In this document: positions 9,022 through 18,033 of the stretch, piece by piece
How positions within the stretch are numbered: position 1 is the stretch's first letter
Layout: each line of letters begins with the position of its first letter
Assembly (NCBI GenBank): GCA_030741455.1
Contig: JASLVI010000001.1
Span: 1-35,407 of the forward strand
Direction of reading: 5' to 3'
Source of the DNA: Candidatus Poseidoniaceae archaeon
GTDB lineage: Archaea; Thermoplasmatota; Poseidoniia; Poseidoniales; Poseidoniaceae
Length of the DNA stretch: 35,407 nt
The notes under the pieces: model-generated
What the model was told of the DNA's origin: nothing
Database searches by the model: none
Seen by the model: the letters and a program-made list of their open reading frames with translations, nothing else
Program-made: the position numbers and the translations under genes

Positions 9022-12000
9022 TCAGTATTTCTTGTAACTGAGTTCCGTGATCATCTTGTCCAATGCTCCTTGTGCGGATTGTTGGTGTGATGGTCCCAAT
9101 TCTTCACGGCTATATCGAGCCATTTCGAACATGTTATCCAATGATTCGAGAGCTTCATCACTGATACCAGGAGTTGCTTGACGAATCGCTACTTCGAATT
9201 CACGAACCGTCTCAAAGTCACGTCGGAGGAGACCGCGCGTCTGCAATGTCGAACAAAGATTTTGATAACAGTTGAAGATGGATTCACGGATTGCATCACC
9301 AGCAGCAAGAAGTTCAGCAGTGTATTCGAAGACTTCCGTCATCTCTGAAAGCAACTCATTTTGTCGGTTCCGCCGATACATGACTGTTCCAAGAGCAACC
9401 GCAGCAGCAATGAAGATTAACGCAACATAGGTCCATGGACTGACTTCAGAAGCTTCTGCTTCAAATTCATATTCGGGTGCAAAACCAGCATCTCGTACAC
9501 TATCAAATTCAGCAATTGTGCGATCGGAGAGTCGTGGGTCATTGATGATGATCTTGAGACTTACTCGTCCATATTCCGAGTAATCACCGTACTGAGTTCC
9601 GTCCCTGTTAAACGCGAAATCAACAACACCATTTTCATCTGTCGAGTATTGTTTGCCTTCGCCAAGTTGAGAGCCATTTCCAGCATACAGATAGACTTGA
9701 ACAATAATTCCGGGAAGGCCTGTTTTGCTATCTTCAGCAATGATTGTAACTTGTCCATCTACATTCTCATCTACATTTTCTTCAATTGCATCAATTTCAA
9801 CCTCAATATCTGCATTCACCTTGATGTACACTACATGTGCTTGCGAAGCGCCATTGGTGTAGAGAGCAGTATCACGTGGAACATCAAGACTGATGAACCG
9901 AGCACCAGGTTGCATCGTTTCCGGTGAGACTGCATCAATTGAGAAGTTGCCAACGTCCCAGTCAACAGTAACTCGCTCGAAACAAACCGCTCCTTCGAAA
10001 TTGTTGATGCAATTGGAACCATTTCCAACATAGACGACGAGGTTTTCAAAGACCTCGCCAATACCGCCTACCTCTGCAACACTACCCGTCAATCGAATCG
10101 GGTTGGTTTCATCAGAACGTACAGTTTCAGGAGATGAGGTTGAATCAATGGTGATGACAATGTCCGCCCAAACCGTCACCGTACCATCTGCAAGTGTGCT
10201 GAGATGCTCCTGTGTACCTTCAAACACGACCTGGATGGTATGGCCATTTCCTCGTTCGAGATCCATTTGAGCATAGACTTGGCCTTCGAAGGTTCCATCG
10301 CTTGCCGTAGTGAGTGTCTCAATGTAGACGCCATCGAGATAAACAAGCACGTTCTCACCTGCAATTCCATCCTGATCAACTGTATCAATGTCATAGAGAC
10401 GTCCTTGGAAGGTCCAGAAGTCTCCTCGAGTAGCATCAGTACCATCATTGAATTCAAGTGTCATAGCAGAACGATGTGCAAGGAAGAAGGTCTGATTTGC
10501 AGACCCTTCTCGATAATAGCCTTGAGCAATGGAATTCGCTTCGAGCAAGTTATCACCGAAGTTAAACAAATCTTGGACCGTCCATTCATAGGAATAGGTT
10601 CCATCTGCACCGGTTGTGACCTGAGCGAGAACAAATCCATCGACCTTAAGTTCTACAATATGTCCCTCGATTGGTTGTAATTGGTTGTCAAGTACGCTTC
10701 CAGTAATGGTCGTCGTATCCGTAACTGCAAGAGGTGATGGAATCGAAACAGAGACCAAGATTTGGCTGAAAACAGTCCATGTTCCACTCGCTTCACTCGG
10801 CAGGTAAAACACGGTTCCATTGAATTTCGTATCCAATGAAACTGGACCTAGAGCTGCATCTGCAGGAACGGGTATAACCGCTGTAAACAAACCAGTTTCA
10901 TCGGTTGAAACATTGGTCATCCAAATTCCATTGAGGTAGATATCAATGCTTTGTTCAAACAATGGGTTATCGACAACATCCAACAGTCGACCTTGAACAG
11001 TCATTGTCTCCTCACGGTTGACTTCGCCAGTTGGTGTGATCAAGAGGATTTGTGTTGGAACACTTACATTGAAATCAACGCTTGCACTGCTCGGCAAGTA
11101 AAATTCTGGATCAACAGAATCACCAATTCCAACAGGATCAACCCAATCTCTGCCGCCTGTAAATCGAACTTCAACCATGTGTGCGCCAGAAGTGGTAGAT
11201 TCAGGGACCGAGTAGGAGATGGAATATGCACCCGTGAGTGCATCGCTCTGCACGCTTGCAACCGGCACGCCATCAATGAACAGGCGAACGATGGCAACAG
11301 ATGGAACACCATCAACGTACAAGGGCATACCGAGATCGTCGAGTAGCGTTCCATTCACGTAGATCATTTCTCCTGCGACAAGTGATTCTGTGTGCTCGAG
11401 AATGGTCATATTTGTTTCAGCAAGCGTCACAAATTCTGTCGAAGTATTGTACCCAGAAACACCTGTTGTCCCACTGATTCCATCGTAAGAGACGAGTACA
11501 TCGCTGAACCCAATCGATGCGTTGAACGGAACCAGAAGACTTGCGTTTGCAGTTCCATTCGCAAACGTATTCACTGAAACAGACACTTCATCGGTCGAGT
11601 TCGTAGCAGGTAATGAGAACGTTACTTGTTGCCCAGCAAGGGGTTGGCCCAAGTTATCTTCAAGCCTGATTCGAACATCGAGCATGGTGCCACGCTCTGT
11701 ACGATCGTTCAACGAAGGTTGGCCGAGTGAATCCAAGGATGGTTTCAAGAACGTAATCACAGAGAAGCCACGACTGTCAAAGGTTGAGTTGTTCTTTGAA
11801 CCAATGTAGAAGTTCACTGTTGGCACAAGCGATGCTTCCAAAACGTGCGAGCCTCGCTCAAAGCCTGGTGTGAGCGTGATAACTGCTGTCCAGAAGCCAC
11901 CTGATTGAACGGAACCGTTGCTTACTGCAAATCCAGTCGGAAGGTCATTGATTGTAAACAGAACATTGGAAATCAATGTTGAGCCATCACGGTTCTCGAG

Positions 12001-15000
12001 GCCACTTCCATTATCGGAAACAACACGTCCAGAGACGTTGAAACTCGATCCTGCAACTGGATTTTCTGTGATTTGGTCTACGACCATGAAGGTAAGCGAG
12101 CGTACAGTTACACTGCTGAGGTTCGCTTGTGTAGGTAGAAGGTCTGAACTTCCATTGTAGTAATAACTCACAACAATCAAACCGAGTGGATGCGTAAATG
12201 GAACGGTGAACGATGTGTTCGCAGTTCCTGAACCATCTGTTGTGACAGATGGTAACCACGTTTCATGGAATTTCGTCGTCACCTCTCGGCTACCAAGCGG
12301 TTGGAAATTGAAACTCGATTCGACCAATGTCGCACTCAAATTAACCGTTTCACCACGATTGATCAGAACCGGATTTCCAGGTTGTAATCCTTCAAGTTGC
12401 GTCACACCAAAGACAAAGATTGCAGAGGAGACGTTGGATGGTAGATAATACGGAGAGGAATCTTCCAGTACTTCGACAACCAGTGTTCGTGGTCCACGAA
12501 CCGTTCCGTTGTTGGATGTATCCGTTGGTACTGTGAGGTTGAAACTACCATTCGAGAGTGTTGGAACTCCAGAACGTAGAAGTTCTTCTGGGTTGGATTG
12601 CCAATAGACGTCAAGACGCACACCAGAAATCAAAGATCTGGCAGGATCATCATTGTCAAGGATTTGCCCCTGCATGTTGAATGGAACACCCGCTGTAATG
12701 GTCGATGGCAATACATCGATTCGAATATCGGTCGGAACTTGGACCGTGACGTCAACAAACGTACTGTTGCCAGTTCGGCGACTGTTGCCGATAGCAAGCG
12801 GGTCCGTTAAATCATCAACGACCAACATCTGAAGAACATAGTCACCTGGTGCAAGCGTGGACGTAGCCCATGTGAATGTAGCATTGCCTTCCGCATCCGT
12901 CACTGCAGTACCGAGCGATTGGTTTGAATTACCATAATCCCAGATGTATTCGACGGTCACATCAGAAATGTTCGATTTATCTGCAACATCAAACACGGTA
13001 GTGTTGAATAACACCTGATCACCCGAAACAAACTCTATCGCACTCCGTTCTTCTTCAAGAAGGAATTCAGATTCAATTCCAATCGTCAAACTTGGTAAGA
13101 CAGGCGGATTCGGTGGCGTTGATGAATCAACAACACGATAGTATGATCCACCTGGTGGAGCCATTGCTTCAAAGTTAAAGTCAACGTTCACTTGGTATCC
13201 ATTCGATGGAAGTGTTGTCGGCATAACAACCGAGAGGTTGAACGCACCTGTTGCATTATCGAGCATACCATTGGCGAGATCGATTGGGAAACCATCTGCA
13301 TCAAGCATGATCATCGAAATGACCGTATCGTTACCTAACACGGCTTCATTTGTGTACTGAGCATCGAATATATCTCCAACGATGTAAGTCATGTTTCCGA
13401 GATGTGTCCAATCTTGTAGTACGGTCAAATTCCAACCAATCTCAGCTTGGACTCGTATCGATTCTGATGCAGTACCTGGCTGGTACAAATCTGAACCGTT
13501 GTATTGGATATCAAACACATAGTCGTTTGGCCGAAGGCTTGAATCAAGTTGCCATGACAACGTAATCAGCGATGAATCCGGATCTGATGTTGTGTTCACC
13601 CATCTATTATTGAAAGTGAATGAATAATCACCTGGAACTGCTAAGCCGACTTCAACACCCATATGATCTGAAATTTGGACGAGGATATTGGTTGGTTCAC
13701 CTCTCAGCTGAGGTGTTGCAATCACTTCGAAATTGAGTATACCAACCAGAGCAAACGGATCACCCGTGCTTAGGTTTGCATCATCTGTAGATTCGTAGAG
13801 ATCAGGATAGAATCGCAAACGTACCTCAAGGATACCTGCAGCAACGTTGACATCGGTCGCATTGAGGAAGTGTTGAACACTGAACGCACCGTTGACGGAG
13901 ACATTGAAAATTTCAGTCCACTCGCCTCCGCTGTTGTTTTCTCGCATCGAGAATGAGAGGTTTCCAGACATACCAACCGGAGATGCCCCGATTGTGAGCG
14001 CAGTTCCATTGACCCAAATATCATCGTTGAGAAGGAGAAGACTCGAGTTTACACCAGGGCCTTCAAGTGTAGCGGTCAGGTTTGGTGCATCACGAATGTC
14101 CAGCGTGAAGGATTTCTGAACTGGACGAAGATGATGCGTTGGACCTGTGATTCCATCCTCAGTTTGCAACCAACCGTCGTAACCGAGTGTAGCGCTGACG
14201 TTGGTTTTGGTCTCTAACTCATCCAACGTAAGTTCGAAGGACCACGTCCCTGATGGACTGACCTGGGTTGTCAAGTTTTGTGCACCATCAACAGAGGACG
14301 TAAACGAAAGCCAAACCGTTGAATTGACAACCAACGAAGCATCGACGAATGGTTGTTGCTCATATCCAATGAATCCCTCAATGGTCGTTGTTGCACCTGC
14401 TCCAACGATTGGTGCATCGATGGCACCGGGCGATGTGTGGTTGAGTGTTGCATCATCTGTGACGTTCATCCACCATGAATTCGCAGGACCTGCAACGGTT
14501 GAGTTCGCAGTGAGTATTGTTTGGCCTGAAACATATCCTTTCTGCTCGACTTCGATCATGATGGCGCCAAATCCTGGTTCGATCATTTCGACAGGAGCAC
14601 CTTCGATGGTAAAGAACCCGTTCGAATCGGTCACGTTGACCTCAAGAAGGCGTTCTGGCGTGTTCAATCCACCCACACCATCGAATGCAGGAACCAATGG
14701 AACAAGATATGCACGCACAATGTGTTGTTCGATTGCAGTTTGGTTTTCAAGGAAAACAAGATTTCCGCTGATGGTGACATTCCCATCCGAACCATCTCGG
14801 TCGAAATTCGTCGGAGAGTAGAGGACATTACGGACATCGAGTTCCGCCGCATCTGGACATGGGTCAAATGGAACCCAGCCAAAGTCCAATCCGCCTGCTG
14901 AAGATGATTGTTGAATTCGGACTTCAGCCCAAGTTCGGAGATGCTGAGCACCTACTGCGTAACCATTTCCAGTCCAGTCACCGCCCTTGAATCCGCTCAC

Positions 15001-17979
15001 CAATCGAGCAGGCAGGCCGATGACACGTGCCATTGTCACGTACGTTGTTGCGAATTCAGCGCATGTACCTTCATTCGCTACTTCAAGCATGAACTGTGCC
15101 AAGTCTTCACCGTCGACAAGTCCAGAACCATCGAAGTTAAGCTTGTATTCTGTGCTCGCATTTCCGTCTTTCAGATAGGTTTGCAAAGCAAGTGCCTGAT
15201 CGTAGGCATTGACGGCAGATGCGTCATTAATGACAGCACTTGTAATGTTGAATACAACAGAGCGAGAATCGCTCAGATCAGTGTAATAGGACGGCAGAGC
15301 CGTCTCATATGGGAAGCCTTGTCCGGCAATACTTGTACTTGCGAGAGTACTCCAATCGAAATAATACTCTGGCTGTTGAACAACGATCTCTTCGACAAAT
15401 CCTCCTTCAACTTCGTATCGATGCGTGTCGTTGGTTCTCGAGAGAACGACCGCAGAATCCGCCCAGAAAGAGACATTCGTCGTCGAGGCAGGAAGGGGTA
15501 ACGCTCCTTCACCAACAGGGAAATTGTAACTGATTTGCCACGTGATTGTATCGTTCGCGAAACTTGTACTTGCCATGTGTGTGAGATTCGTAAATGGAGG
15601 TATGACCTCCTCACCGGGATGAACTGCATTGTCGTGCGTGTATGAATTCCCAGTTGGAATATCATTGGTGTATTTTCGCCAGTACTTTTCGATGTCGAGA
15701 TCGACAACACCCGTTGTATTGTTCGCCCAGAAGATGACATCGTTTTGAGGAAGATCATCGGTCGGATCGAACAAATTGAACGGAGCACCTACACAATTGA
15801 AGAACCAAAATTGCTGAGGACATTCTGCACCATCGAGCATTCCCCCACCATCGGTATCGGGATTACGCCAATCTGAACCCGTAGCGTTCTCAACTGCATC
15901 AGGAATGCCATCATTATCAAAATCGTCAGGAAGAATATCGTCAGAAGGATCATTTTCTGGATTTGTACTATCGAAGTATTCGGTTCGATCGTCAACTCCT
16001 CCGCTATCTGTGTCGACCGACTGATAGTCCGTGACCCAAATGTCGGTCGAACCGTTGGTAATTCCAATGAAAGCAAGGTTGCAACCCGTTGTATTCTCAA
16101 AGTAGGAGTTGATTCCATCACCATCTGGATCAAGGGTATTGAAACATGGCTCAGTTGGATCTGTGTTGTCAAACACTTCGTCGTAATCGTTGACACCATC
16201 ACCATCGGTATCTGCTAGTGTAGGGTTGGAAAACCATCCATAGGTGCCGAGCAGTTCCTCCCAGTTTGCCAAACCATCACCATCGCTGTCCGTGAAGTCA
16301 TCGTCACAGTACGTACGTGTTGTTCCAATCGTACCATCCTGGTTTGCTGCAGTATGACAGAATGAACCGTTTCTGCTCTCGATGGACGTTGGAGTTCCAC
16401 TCGGTGAGGGATTGACCCCAAGCAATGCATTGCTGGTCAAAGATATCGCAAGATACGTGAACGTTGTATAAGTCCCTGAATTGTTGTAGTACCCAACTCC
16501 ACCACTTGGATTGAATCCACTTGCATCGGCAAGGAAGAGTTGGTTTGCTGTACTAAAGGAAACAAATGTGGTTGCAAAATTGACCAATGAATCACACGGA
16601 TCTGTCCCATGGCTAACGTTTCGCTCGTCGCCATCGTTTACTCCGCCAAAGTCAGTATCTGCGACATTCCATTCTGTGCAAGTAAGATTCTCTTCCCAAT
16701 TTTGAATTCCGTCGTTGTCTTCATCACCTGAGTCTTCTCTACGCGTTGGATCCGTTTCACCAGGATCGACGAGGCCGTTTCCATTCGCATCTTCATCACC
16801 ATCGTCGAACGCATCGCCATCCGTATTGTTGTCACGCGGGTCTGATGCTTGTGCAGGGTTTCCATATGCTCCGTTGATCTCGATGCCATCAGGAATTCCA
16901 TCGCTATCTGTATCCGAACTTGTTGGATCTGTCAACAACGTCAACGCCTCGTAGGAATCGTTCAAGCCGTCATTGTCGGTGTCACTGTCTTGTGGGTTTG
17001 TTGAAGTAATGCCGTCGACTTCTGCGGTAAGTGTAGCACATGCACCAGGACCAATGCCTTGTACAGGGTCACATGGAGATACTGTTTCAGTAGGGACTCC
17101 GTCTGGGCCAGGGCGGAAACAAGGAACTCCACCGCAGTTCGTAGTCCATGAAGGGTTCACATATTCCATGAGGTTGATCAATCCATCTCCGTCGGGGTCA
17201 CCATTTGCTCCATCAGCATTTGATGCACTTGTTGCATTGAGACCGTTTGCAGCTTCCCAACCGTCAGGCATTCCATCGCCATCGGTATCCCATCCATTCG
17301 GGTCTTCATCGGAAACACCATCGCCATCGTCATCGTTTGATGAACAATCTGCATCGCCATCATTGTCGGAATCTGAACCGTCAACCTGTCCATCTTTGTC
17401 ATCGTCAAATCCATTCGCACAGACGTTTCCTACAGGGTCCTCATCGCAGAGGATGGTGTTGCCTTGACCATCACTCCCAGTATCACCACAGAGTGGTTGG
17501 TTAAATTGCATGGAATCTTCTTCGTTCCAATCGTTAACAGGAATGGTCCCGTTCCACCAAACACCGTTGTCCAAAACACCAGTAGTAGCAGGATTGTCCC
17601 AATTTGAGGGTTGAAGGTAGGAATATTCCTGGAGATTTGACATTCCATCACCATCAGGATCGCCAACGGCTCCATCTCCACCTGTTGCAGACAATGGGTC
17701 AAGACCGTACTTCCACTCCCAACCATCTGGAAGACCGTCATTGTCAGAATCCCAATCGGTTGCTGCCGTATTGATGAGATATTCGAGACCATATGTTAGC
17801 CCATCACCATCCAAATCGGATGCCGCACTCACCTCTTCAGTGACAAAATCGATTGCCGTTAGTGTTGAAAGAACCATTAAGGCAACCAAAAAGATAGACT
17901 GCGCAACAGTTCGCCGTTGTGAACGGTCGAGTTTCATTGCGCCAGAAGGACCAACTTTCAGCGTTTCCGCATCAATCAT
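9022..17979 (-). CDS. Giant cell-surface protein: N-terminal signal/TM, Ca-binding DxDGDG repeats, transglutaminase-like domain, many Ig-like repeats, C-terminal TM and DUF4129-like tail
   Basis: Repeats DxDGDGLxDGxE; transglutaminase-like core EGTCAEFATTYVTMARVIGLPARLVSGF...TWAEV...GWVPFDP; numerous NxS/T sequons; TM YVALIFIAAAVALGTVMY-RRNR; tail ETVREF...FEMARYS. An alternative start is ATG 17937. Confidence 0.88.
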   Translation of the reverse strand: MIDAETLKVGPSGAMKLDRSQRRTVAQSIFLVALMVLSTLTAIDFVTEEVSAASDLDGDGLTYGLEYLINTAATDWDSDNDGLPDGWEWKYGLDPLSATGGDGAVGDPDGDGMSNLQEYSYLQPSNWDNPATTGVLDNGVWWNGTIPVNDWNEEDSMQFNQPLCGDTGSDGQGNTILCDEDPVGNVCANGFDDDKDGQVDGSDSDNDGDADCSSNDDDGDGVSDEDPNGWDTDGDGMPDGWEAANGLNATSASNADGANGDPDGDGLINLMEYVNPSWTTNCGGVPCFRPGPDGVPTETVSPCDPVQGIGPGACATLTAEVDGITSTNPQDSDTDNDGLNDSYEALTLLTDPTSSDTDSDGIPDGIEINGAYGNPAQASDPRDNNTDGDAFDDGDEDANGNGLVDPGETDPTRREDSGDEDNDGIQNWEENLTCTEWNVADTDFGGVNDGDERNVSHGTDPCDSLVNFATTFVSFSTANQLFLADASGFNPSGGVGYYNNSGTYTTFTYLAISLTSNALLGVNPSPSGTPTSIESRNGSFCHTAANQDGTIGTTRTYCDDDFTDSDGDGLANWEELLGTYGWFSNPTLADTDGDGVNDYDEVFDNTDPTEPCFNTLDPDGDGINSYFENTTGCNLAFIGITNGSTDIWVTDYQSVDTDSGGVDDRTEYFDSTNPENDPSDDILPDDFDNDGIPDAVENATGSDWRNPDTDGGGMLDGAECPQQFWFFNCVGAPFNLFDPTDDLPQNDVIFWANNTTGVVDLDIEKYWRKYTNDIPTGNSYTHDNAVHPGEEVIPPFTNLTHMASTSFANDTITWQISYNFPVGEGALPLPASTTNVSFWADSAVVLSRTNDTHRYEVEGGFVEEIVVQQPEYYFDWSTLASTSIAGQGFPYETALPSYYTDLSDSRSVVFNITSAVINDASAVNAYDQALALQTYLKDGNASTEYKLNFDGSGLVDGEDLAQFMLEVANEGTCAEFATTYVTMARVIGLPARLVSGFKGGDWTGNGYAVGAQHLRTWAEVRIQQSSSAGGLDFGWVPFDPCPDAAELDVRNVLYSPTNFDRDGSDGNVTISGNLVFLENQTAIEQHIVRAYLVPLVPAFDGVGGLNTPERLLEVNVTDSNGFFTIEGAPVEMIEPGFGAIMIEVEQKGYVSGQTILTANSTVAGPANSWWMNVTDDATLNHTSPGAIDAPIVGAGATTTIEGFIGYEQQPFVDASLVVNSTVWLSFTSSVDGAQNLTTQVSPSGTWSFELTLDELETKTNVSATLGYDGWLQTEDGITGPTHHLRPVQKSFTLDIRDAPNLTATLEGPGVNSSLLLLNDDIWVNGTALTIGASPVGMSGNLSFSMRENNSGGEWTEIFNVSVNGAFSVQHFLNATDVNVAAGILEVRLRFYPDLYESTDDANLSTGDPFALVGILNFEVIATPQLRGEPTNILVQISDHMGVEVGLAVPGDYSFTFNNRWVNTTSDPDSSLITLSWQLDSSLRPNDYVFDIQYNGSDLYQPGTASESIRVQAEIGWNLTVLQDWTHLGNMTYIVGDIFDAQYTNEAVLGNDTVISMIMLDADGFPIDLANGMLDNATGAFNLSVVMPTTLPSNGYQVNVDFNFEAMAPPGGSYYRVVDSSTPPNPPVLPSLTIGIESEFLLEEERSAIEFVSGDQVLFNTTVFDVADKSNISDVTVEYIWDYGNSNQSLGTAVTDAEGNATFTWATSTLAPGDYVLQMLVVDDLTDPLAIGNSRRTGNSTFVDVTVQVPTDIRIDVLPSTITAGVPFNMQGQILDNDDPARSLISGVRLDVYWQSNPEELLRSGVPTLSNGSFNLTVPTDTSNNGTVRGPRTLVVEVLEDSSPYYLPSNVSSAIFVFGVTQLEGLQPGNPVLINRGETVNLSATLVESSFNFQPLGSREVTTKFHETWLPSVTTDGSGTANTSFTVPFTHPLGLIVVSYYYNGSSDLLPTQANLSSVTVRSLTFMVVDQITENPVAGSSFNVSGRVVSDNGSGLENRDGSTLISNVLFTINDLPTGFAVSNGSVQSGGFWTAVITLTPGFERGSHVLEASLVPTVNFYIGSKNNSTFDSRGFSVITFLKPSLDSLGQPSLNDRTERGTMLDVRIRLEDNLGQPLAGQQVTFSLPATNSTDEVSVSVNTFANGTANASLLVPFNASIGFSDVLVSYDGISGTTGVSGYNTSTEFVTLAETNMTILEHTESLVAGEMIYVNGTLLDDLGMPLYVDGVPSVAIVRLFIDGVPVASVQSDALTGAYSISYSVPESTTSGAHMVEVRFTGGRDWVDPVGIGDSVDPEFYLPSSASVDFNVSVPTQILLITPTGEVNREETMTVQGRLLDVVDNPLFEQSIDIYLNGIWMTNVSTDETGLFTAVIPVPADAALGPVSLDTKFNGTVFYLPSEASGTWTVFSQILVSVSIPSPLAVTDTTTITGSVLDNQLQPIEGHIVELKVDGFVLAQVTTGADGTYSYEWTVQDLFNFGDNLLEANSIAQGYYREGSANQTFFLAHRSAMTLEFNDGTDATRGDFWTFQGRLYDIDTVDQDGIAGENVLVYLDGVYIETLTTASDGTFEGQVYAQMDLERGNGHTIQVVFEGTQEHLSTLADGTVTVWADIVITIDSTSSPETVRSDETNPIRLTGSVAEVGGIGEVFENLVVYVGNGSNCINNFEGAVCFERVTVDWDVGNFSIDAVSPETMQPGARFISLDVPRDTALYTNGASQAHVVYIKVNADIEVEIDAIEENVDENVDGQVTIIAEDSKTGLPGIIVQVYLYAGNGSQLGEGKQYSTDENGVVDFAFNRDGTQYGDYSEYGRVSLKIIINDPRLSDRTIAEFDSVRDAGFAPEYEFEAEASEVSPWTYVALIFIAAAVALGTVMYRRNRQNELLSEMTEVFEYTAELLAAGDAIRESIFNCYQNLCSTLQTRGLLRRDFETVREFEVAIRQATPGISDEALESLDNMFEMARYSREELGPSHQQSAQGALDKMITELSYKKY

Positions 17980-18033
17980 GGTTTATGCTCGTCCCAATAG
18001 CACATAAGGGAAATGGTGCGTTGTTCATACAAA

